From Polyangiales bacterium (GTDB lineage: Bacteria; Myxococcota_A; Polyangia; Polyangiales; Polyangiaceae), in NCBI GenBank assembly GCA_038230375.1, contig JBBRNJ010000017.1, positions 57,501 through 121,500 on the forward strand: a stretch of DNA of 64,000 nucleotides. The letters run 5' to 3'. Below are positions 57,737 to 64,000 of the stretch, piece by piece. Under the pieces are notes generated by a model. The model did not search any database. It had not been told where the DNA came from and saw only the letters and a program-made list of their open reading frames with translations. A program made the position numbers and the translations under genes. Each line of letters opens with the position of its first letter. Position 1 is the first letter of the stretch.

Positions 57737-58821
57737 GCGAGCACCTTCGTGAGCGCCACGAGGAAGCGGTCGTTCTCTTCGGGGAGGCCGACGGTCACGC
57801 GGAGCTGATTTTTGAGGCGACCGCCGCTCTGGTGGAAGCTCCGGCAGAGTACGCCGTGCGCGAGCAGCCCCGCGTGCACCTCCTCCGCCGGCTTGTCGGT
57901 GCGGAGCCACAGGAAGTTTGCGTCGCTTGGGGTGACCGACACGCCCGAGAGCTTCGCAAGCGCCTCCGACATGCGCGAGCGCTCGCCCACGACAGTGTCG
58001 ACCACGTGTTGCAGGTGCTCCCCGCCCTCGCGCAGGACCGCGGCGACGGCGGCCTGGCTCACGGCGCTCACGTTGAACGGCTGGCGCACCTTGTCTAGCT
58101 CCATGACGAGCTCCGCGCGCGCCTCCAGCCACCCTACGCGGAGCGCCGCGAGACCCAGCTTGCTCACGGTGCGCAGGATCGCCACGTTGTCGTTCGCCGC
58201 GCGAAGACCGCGAAGGCTCTTCCCCGCGTAGTCCCCGTACGCCTCGTCGATGACGCAGAGCGCGTTCGGCGCGGCGGCCACGACGGCCTCCACCCTCTCG
58301 GGGGACATCGCGTTGCCGGTGGGGTTGTTCGGCGTGGCGATCCACACCACGTTCGGCTGCATGGTCTCGATCGCGAGCGACATCGTGCGCACGTCCAGGT
58401 CCCACGACGCATCCAGCGGTACCTCCACCGCCTTCAACCCATGCGCGCGCGCCGTCACGCGGTACATCACGAACGACGGCGACGGCGAGAGCACCACGCC
58501 GGCAGGGTTACGGCCTCTGGGGCGCGAGAGCGCAGTGCAGAGCAGCGCGATCACCTCGTCCGAACCCGTGCCGACGAAGACCTCGGCCGCAGTGATGCCC
58601 GAGCGCGCCGCGATCGCCTCCCGGAGCTCCGTCGCGCGCGCGTCCGGATAGCGCTCCATGGCGACCTTCGAGATCGCACGCATCGCGATCTCGGACAGCT
58701 CGCGGCTCCGGAGCGGCGGCGCCTCGTTCGCGTCGAGCTTCGCCACGATTCCGTCGTGCCTCTCCGGCACGTACGCGCGCAGCTCCGAGAGCTCGGGCCG
58801 GGTCAACGTGGTCAGGTCCAT
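57733..58821 (-). CDS. hisC: Histidinol-phosphate aminotransferase
   Basis: KLDANE, RYPD, GSDE, PNNPTG, DEAY, RTVSKLGLAALRVG. Confidence 0.93.
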   Translation of the reverse strand: MDLTTLTRPELSELRAYVPERHDGIVAKLDANEAPPLRSRELSEIAMRAISKVAMERYPDARATELREAIAARSGITAAEVFVGTGSDEVIALLCTALSRPRGRNPAGVVLSPSPSFVMYRVTARAHGLKAVEVPLDASWDLDVRTMSLAIETMQPNVVWIATPNNPTGNAMSPERVEAVVAAAPNALCVIDEAYGDYAGKSLRGLRAANDNVAILRTVSKLGLAALRVGWLEARAELVMELDKVRQPFNVSAVSQAAVAAVLREGGEHLQHVVDTVVGERSRMSEALAKLSGVSVTPSDANFLWLRTDKPAEEVHAGLLAHGVLCRSFHQSGGRLKNQLRVTVGLPEENDRFLVALTKVLA

Positions 58822-58830
58822 GTCGCGTGC

Positions 58831-61485
58831 TCACCGGCCACGAAAATCGTTGCCGTCGCCCAGGTCGGTGTTGCTGCCCTCGTCACCTTCGCGCGCCTCT
58901 GTTCGGCGCGGCGTCTGTCCCTCGGCCTCACGCAGGCGCTCGGCGATCTCGATGATGCGGCGCTCCACGCGACCGAAGACGCTGTGCGCCGGGAAGCGGC
59001 CGGCGGCGTCGCGTTCGCCGGCCGGGACGCCCGTGAGCACCTCGATGCCCTGCGCGACCGTCTCGACCGCGTAGAGATGGAAGCGCTTGTCGCGGATCGC
59101 CTTCGCGACGTCCTCGCGGAGGACCAGATGGCGCAGGTTCGGCTTGGGCATGAGCACGCCCTGACTGCCGTTCAAGCCGCGCGCCGCGCACAGATCGAAG
59201 AAGCCTTCGATCTTTGCGCAGAGCCCGCCGATGGTCTGGATCTCGCCGAGCTGGTTCACGCTGCCGGTCACCGCCACGCCCTGATCGATGGGCAGGTCCG
59301 CGAGCGCGGACAGCACGCAATAAAGCTCGGACGAGGACGCGCTGTCGCCGTCGATCTCTCCATAGCTCTGCTCGAACGCGATCTGTGCGCGCAGGCTGAG
59401 CGGGCGCTCCTGGCCAAACATCCGCCCCAGGTAGCCGCGGAGGATCGCAACGCCCTTCGCATGGATGGATCCGCCTAGCTGCGCTTCGCGCTCCACGTCC
59501 ACGATGCCTTCGCGTCCCAGCGCAACGACCGCGGTGATGCGCATGGGCTGGCCGAACTCCACGTCACCCGCCGAGTAGACGGAGAGCCCGTTGAGCACGC
59601 CGACGCGCGCGCCTTCTGTGTCGAGCGCGAGATCCCCGCGAAGCGACATGTCCCGGATCTGTCGCTCCGCCGCGCCAGTACGATCGCGGCGCTCGCGCCA
59701 CGCGGTCTCGATGTCCTCCTTGGTGACGGACTCGGCAGACCCCTCCTCCGCAGCGCGGACCGCGGCGAGCGCGCTCCCGAAAGCGGCTGTCTCCTCCAGC
59801 GGCGTGAGCGAGAGCGAGAGCTTCTCCTTGTCGCCCGCAAGACGCGTGGAGAGATCCAGCAGCCGCGCGCGTGCCTTGCGATCGAATGTGCCCCACCCGC
59901 GCTCGCCCGCCATCTGCATCAGGTACGAGTCCAGCGCGACGAGGCGCTCCTTGGTGCGCGGGATGGAGGACTCCACCTCTACCTTCACGCGGAACAGCGC
60001 GGCGAAATCCGGATCGGCGTCAAGCAGCGCCGCATACAGATCGGGCGTGCCCACGAGCACGACGCGCACCCGGATCGGCACGCTCTTCGGACGCAGCGTG
60101 GTTGCATACAGGCCAAGCGGGCCGAGCGGGTCTTCCGCGCCGATCTGGCGCTCCCGCAGCACGCGCTTCATGCGCTCCCAGATGATGGGGTCCGCCATGA
60201 GGTCCGCAGCACGCACGACGAGCACACCACCAGAGGCGCGATGCAGCACGCCTGGGCGGATGCGCGTGAAGTCCGTGAGGAGCGCACCGAAGCGCGCGCG
60301 ACGCTCCAGGTACCCGAAGAGGTTTGGATAGGTGGGGTTCGTCTCGTAGATCACGGGAGGCGCAGAGCCTTCGGGATGCGCGATCAGCAGGTTCACCTTG
60401 AACCGCTGCAGGCGCGTCGCGTGCTCCGGATCGTGGTCCGGCGTGTCGTCTCCCTCGCCGCCGCCCTGTTGCTTGCCGTCCTGCTCCTGCGGGACCAGAT
60501 CTTCCCAGCCCTCGACGAGCGCGCTGCGAACGGAGACCAGGTAGCGCTGGACCTCGTCGCCCAGCTTTCCGAACTTGGCGACGATGTCCTTCATCGCGCG
60601 ATCGATCAGGCGCTCCGCGGCCTTGCGCATGGCCTCGTTGCGAGCCGCCGAGAACTTCGCGCTCTCTTCGCGGACCAGGTCGGCGGCGCGCTCCACCTCT
60701 TGCGTGAGCTTGTCCTCTGCCTCGGACAGGGCGCGCTTCGTGGACTCGTCCAGGACCTCGAACTGCTCGGGAGAGAGCGGCTTTCCGTGCAGCACCGGGA
60801 ACGTCTGCATCCCGCCTTGCACGTTGTTCCTGATGCCGAAACCAAGGCTCTTGGCCGCGACCTCGATCCCGGTGATGAGCTCCTTGCTCTTCGCTTCGAG
60901 CGCGCGTGACAGCTTTCGCTGTGCGCGTTGCACCTCGTCGGTGTGGGCCACCTCCGGCATCATCTCCTTCAGCGCGGCGATGAGCCCGTCCATGACCTGG
61001 ACGAGCAGCGGCCCGACGCCCGCGGGCAGCAGGATCGGGCGCGGCGCCTCCGGGCGCTCGAAATCGTGGACGTAGATGATGTCGTCAGGTGGGCTCTGGC
61101 CCGCCACGAACACCTCGGCGAACCTGCGGATGTCGTCCTCGATCATCACCTCGGGCGCGGCCGCGACGAACACGTGGAAGCTTGGCTCTCGGGACGCGAG
61201 GCCGAGCGAGAGCGCGCGCCGGGCGACGTTTCCGACCATGTCGAAGAGCCCGGGGCTCTCCTTCGGCTTCTCCGGTAACAGCGCGGGATCCGTGTTGAAG
61301 AGCACGGCTTCGTCCGAGACGCGGAAGGCGGCCCGCGCCAGGCTCTGCGTGTTCGGATCGCTCCACGCGCGGACGTTGTCGTCCGTGAGGGACTCCTTGG
61401 GCGACATGAGGGTCGGCTTGCTCGCCCTGCTCTTCGGCTTGGAACCAAGGGCGGTGGTCGACGGCGTGGGTCGGCGCTGGGACAT
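58831..61485 (-). CDS. Lon-family (S16) protease, LonB/LonC-type AAA-like plus Lon_C
   Basis: NPTYPNLFG, PGVLHRASGG, FEQSY..IDGDSAS (catalytic Ser), KIEGFF (catalytic Lys). Confidence 0.9.
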   Translation of the reverse strand: MSQRRPTPSTTALGSKPKSRASKPTLMSPKESLTDDNVRAWSDPNTQSLARAAFRVSDEAVLFNTDPALLPEKPKESPGLFDMVGNVARRALSLGLASREPSFHVFVAAAPEVMIEDDIRRFAEVFVAGQSPPDDIIYVHDFERPEAPRPILLPAGVGPLLVQVMDGLIAALKEMMPEVAHTDEVQRAQRKLSRALEAKSKELITGIEVAAKSLGFGIRNNVQGGMQTFPVLHGKPLSPEQFEVLDESTKRALSEAEDKLTQEVERAADLVREESAKFSAARNEAMRKAAERLIDRAMKDIVAKFGKLGDEVQRYLVSVRSALVEGWEDLVPQEQDGKQQGGGEGDDTPDHDPEHATRLQRFKVNLLIAHPEGSAPPVIYETNPTYPNLFGYLERRARFGALLTDFTRIRPGVLHRASGGVLVVRAADLMADPIIWERMKRVLRERQIGAEDPLGPLGLYATTLRPKSVPIRVRVVLVGTPDLYAALLDADPDFAALFRVKVEVESSIPRTKERLVALDSYLMQMAGERGWGTFDRKARARLLDLSTRLAGDKEKLSLSLTPLEETAAFGSALAAVRAAEEGSAESVTKEDIETAWRERRDRTGAAERQIRDMSLRGDLALDTEGARVGVLNGLSVYSAGDVEFGQPMRITAVVALGREGIVDVEREAQLGGSIHAKGVAILRGYLGRMFGQERPLSLRAQIAFEQSYGEIDGDSASSSELYCVLSALADLPIDQGVAVTGSVNQLGEIQTIGGLCAKIEGFFDLCAARGLNGSQGVLMPKPNLRHLVLREDVAKAIRDKRFHLYAVETVAQGIEVLTGVPAGERDAAGRFPAHSVFGRVERRIIEIAERLREAEGQTPRRTEAREGDEGSNTDLGDGNDFRGR

Positions 61486-61627
61486 GTCTTCCTGGGTGGA
61501 CCTCTCCCATCAAGGCTAGCGCGCTTGCGGCTGGAATGTCATCAGGCCGGATCGCCTGGAAAACGTGCCCTGAAAAACTTCTACTGTCCGTCTGCGGCGA
61601 CCCAGGATAGATTTGAAACCTGATCTG

Positions 61628-63601
61628 ATGGCACGGCTGATCCTGGCAACCGCTGAAGGCACTCAAGCGATCGAGCTTCGGCCGATCAACAGCCTCGGTC
61701 GTCACCCGAACAACTCGATCCAGCTGCTCGACAAGATCGTGTCGAAGGAGCACTGCATCCTGGAGCAGCGCGATGGGGGCTTTGTCCTTCGCGATCTCGG
61801 GAGCTTGAACGGCACGTACATCAACGGCGAGCGCGTCCGCGGCGAGCAGATGATGCGGCACGGCGACGAGATCGCCCTTGGCTCCACGCGCGCTCGCTAC
61901 GACGACGGCTCCGGCCTTGGCGTCGAGTTGCCGGCCATGGGACCTGGCGCCGTGCACAACGCCGGGCCCATGCAGCCCATGCAGCCCGGCGGCATGCAGC
62001 AGGGTGGTCAACCCGCCGCGCCGCAGTCGAACTGGCGGCCACAGCAGGGACCCGTGCCCGCCTCGCAGGTGCAGCCTCAAGGACAGGGCGGCCAAGGTGG
62101 ACCAGGGCGCATGGCGTCCGCGCATCCGCCGCCCCCTTCTGCAATGAACCAGGGCGCCCAGCCCGGTCAGCCGATGTCCCGTGCAGGCGGGCCGCCTGGA
62201 GGCACGCAGCCATTCGGCGGATTCAATCAGCCGCCCCCCGGCGGGCCCGGATTTCAGCAGCCGGGCGGCCAGCTGCCCGCGCATCCAAACGGACGCCCGC
62301 CGAGCCTGTCGGGAACCCGCGTCGACGTGCTCGATTCTGCGCGCGCGATCGGAACGCAGATCGCGGCGCAGACGAAGGGCTTCCCCGCGTTCGAGCAGAT
62401 CAAGAACGACCCCGTGCAGCTGCGCGCGGACTACGAGCGACTGCGCGTCACGTGGGAGCTCTCGCGCGACATTGGCCTCGAGCGCGAGCTCGAGCCGCTG
62501 CTGCAGAAGATCCTGAAGGCGCTCTTCAAGTTCGTGAACGCAGACCGCGGCGTCATCTTGCTTCGCGAGGGGACTGGCGAGCTGCTCCCGCGCTGCGCCA
62601 ATCGGCGCGACGGCACGGATGCGCCCATCCAGGTGAGTTCGACGATCCTGAGCCACGTCGTGAAGGAGAAGGCCGCGGTGCTCACGCACGACGCCGCCAT
62701 GGACTTCGCCGCGTCCAAGGGCAAATCGATGATCCTGAACCGGATCTCGAGCGCCATCGTCGTTCCGCTCTGCCACGAGGACGAGGTGCTCGGTGCGATC
62801 TGGCTCGACTCCGAGTCACTCGCGCAGTTCCAGCAAAAAGATCTGGAGCTGATCAACGCCGTCGCGAACCAGGCCGCCATGTTCATCGAGAACACGCTCC
62901 TTGCGAAGAAGGTCGAACAAGAGATCGTCACCCGCGAGCGCTTCAGCCGCCTGCTTTCGCCGAACGTCGCGGAGCAAGTGATCTCCGGCAAGCTCGAGGT
63001 GAAGAAGGGCGGCATCTACGTCCAGGAGTGCACGGTCTTCAACAGCGACATCCGCGGCTTCACGCGCATGAGCGAAGGCGCCGCAGCCGGCTTCGTCCTC
63101 GACCTCCTCAACGAGTACTTCGAGCTCATGGTCGAGCAGGTGTTCAAGTACGAAGGCACCCTCGACAAGTTCATGGGCGACGGCATCATGGCGTTCTGGG
63201 GCGCGCCCGCGACGCACCCCGACGATCCGCTGAGAAGCGTGCAGTCTGCACTCGATCAGATGGACGTCCTCGGTAAGTTCAATCGCAAGCGCATCGAGCA
63301 GGGTCAACCGGCGCTCGCCATCGGCATGGGCATCCACACCGGGCCGCTCGTCTCCGGCTACGTCGGCAGCAGCAAGGCACTCAGCTACACCGTCATCGGC
63401 GACACCGCGAACACGAGCGCGCGCCTCTGCGGCATCGCGCTTGCGGGGCAGATCATCATCAGCGAGACCACGCACGCGCGCCTCGGCAACCGCTTCGAGT
63501 GCGAGGAGCTCCCCGCCGCGGCCCTCAAGGGCAAAGAGAAGCCCCTCCGCATCTTCAACGTGAAGAAGGAAAAGCCCAGCGCCGTCGCCAAGGTGGGCTA
63601 G
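61628..63601 (+). CDS. FHA-GAF-class III adenylate cyclase
   Basis: FHA (LGR, SKEH, DLGSLNGT), Q/P/G linker, GAF, cyclase motifs SDIRGFT, KFMGDG, YTVIGDTANTSARL. Confidence 0.93.
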   Translation: MARLILATAEGTQAIELRPINSLGRHPNNSIQLLDKIVSKEHCILEQRDGGFVLRDLGSLNGTYINGERVRGEQMMRHGDEIALGSTRARYDDGSGLGVELPAMGPGAVHNAGPMQPMQPGGMQQGGQPAAPQSNWRPQQGPVPASQVQPQGQGGQGGPGRMASAHPPPPSAMNQGAQPGQPMSRAGGPPGGTQPFGGFNQPPPGGPGFQQPGGQLPAHPNGRPPSLSGTRVDVLDSARAIGTQIAAQTKGFPAFEQIKNDPVQLRADYERLRVTWELSRDIGLERELEPLLQKILKALFKFVNADRGVILLREGTGELLPRCANRRDGTDAPIQVSSTILSHVVKEKAAVLTHDAAMDFAASKGKSMILNRISSAIVVPLCHEDEVLGAIWLDSESLAQFQQKDLELINAVANQAAMFIENTLLAKKVEQEIVTRERFSRLLSPNVAEQVISGKLEVKKGGIYVQECTVFNSDIRGFTRMSEGAAAGFVLDLLNEYFELMVEQVFKYEGTLDKFMGDGIMAFWGAPATHPDDPLRSVQSALDQMDVLGKFNRKRIEQGQPALAIGMGIHTGPLVSGYVGSSKALSYTVIGDTANTSARLCGIALAGQIIISETTHARLGNRFECEELPAAALKGKEKPLRIFNVKKEKPSAVAKVG

Positions 63602-63684
63602 CGAGACCGGTCAGGGCGCGGAAGCGGCGCGAGCGTGCTCAGGTCCGCTCAAACGGCGCGAACCTGGTGTGCTATGAAGCGGGC

Positions 63685-64000
63685 GTGGCCTCGTACGTTC
63701 TTCCGTTCGAAAAACCCGTCGTCGAGCTCGTGACCCGCGTGCGCGAGCTGCGTGAGCTCGCCGAGACTGACCGCCAGTACCTCCCCGAGCTGAAGAAGCT
63801 CGAAGAGAAGACCTCCAAGGTGGCGCGCGAGCTTTTCGCCGAGCTCGACCCCTGGCAGAAGGTACAGCTCTCACGGCACCCGAACCGGCCGTACACGATG
63901 GACTACGTGCCGTACCTGTTCCAGGACTTCCAGGAGCTCCACGGCGATCGCCGCTTCGCCGATGATGCAGCGCTCGTGTGCGGTGTTGCACGCTATCGCG
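63685..64000 (+). CDS. accA: Acetyl-CoA carboxylase carboxyltransferase alpha, 3' end outside the window (absent from the ORF track)
   Basis: Translated by hand from GTG: MASYVLPFEKPVVEL...WQKVQLSRHPNRPYTMDY...ELHGDRRFADD. Confidence 0.93.
   Translation, partial: MASYVLPFEKPVVELVTRVRELRELAETDRQYLPELKKLEEKTSKVARELFAELDPWQKVQLSRHPNRPYTMDYVPYLFQDFQELHGDRRFADDAALVCGVARYR

Overview
High-GC chromosomal window of a myxobacterium, most like Polyangiales/Sorangiineae (inferred from gene content: CglF-like gene, many Cys-rich DAG/DGG-linker lipoproteins, PEGA protein, FHA-GAF-cyclase). It is mostly core genome. In order: the end of a ketosynthase plus catalytically dead KS (CLF-like) pair; a PTS-Ntr cluster (hpf-ptsN-hprK-rapZ-ptsH-ptsI, no rpoN); a Cys-rich 5'-nucleotidase/lipoprotein/OM beta-barrel cassette; a PglF/PglE-like pair; rpsO-pnp; glnD; tRNA-Leu(CAG); SRAP; pyrC-carA; a DUF952-DJ-1 fusion; a cobalamin riboswitch ahead of an uncharacterised lipoprotein; coaBC; a VanW protein; ychF; a split complex I operon nuoEFJKLMN with extended NuoL and NuoM; hisC; a Walker-A-less Lon-type protease; an FHA-GAF adenylate cyclase; and the start of accA. 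I found no CRISPR array, integrase or transposase. The most unexplained signals are a recurring AT-rich 16-bp motif (TTRCWTGYAGNATACA) inside unrelated genes in different frames and strands, short islands of rare A/T-ending codons (strongest in nuoL), and a palindromic operator-like array at the nuo promoter. All calls are by eye, without database searches.
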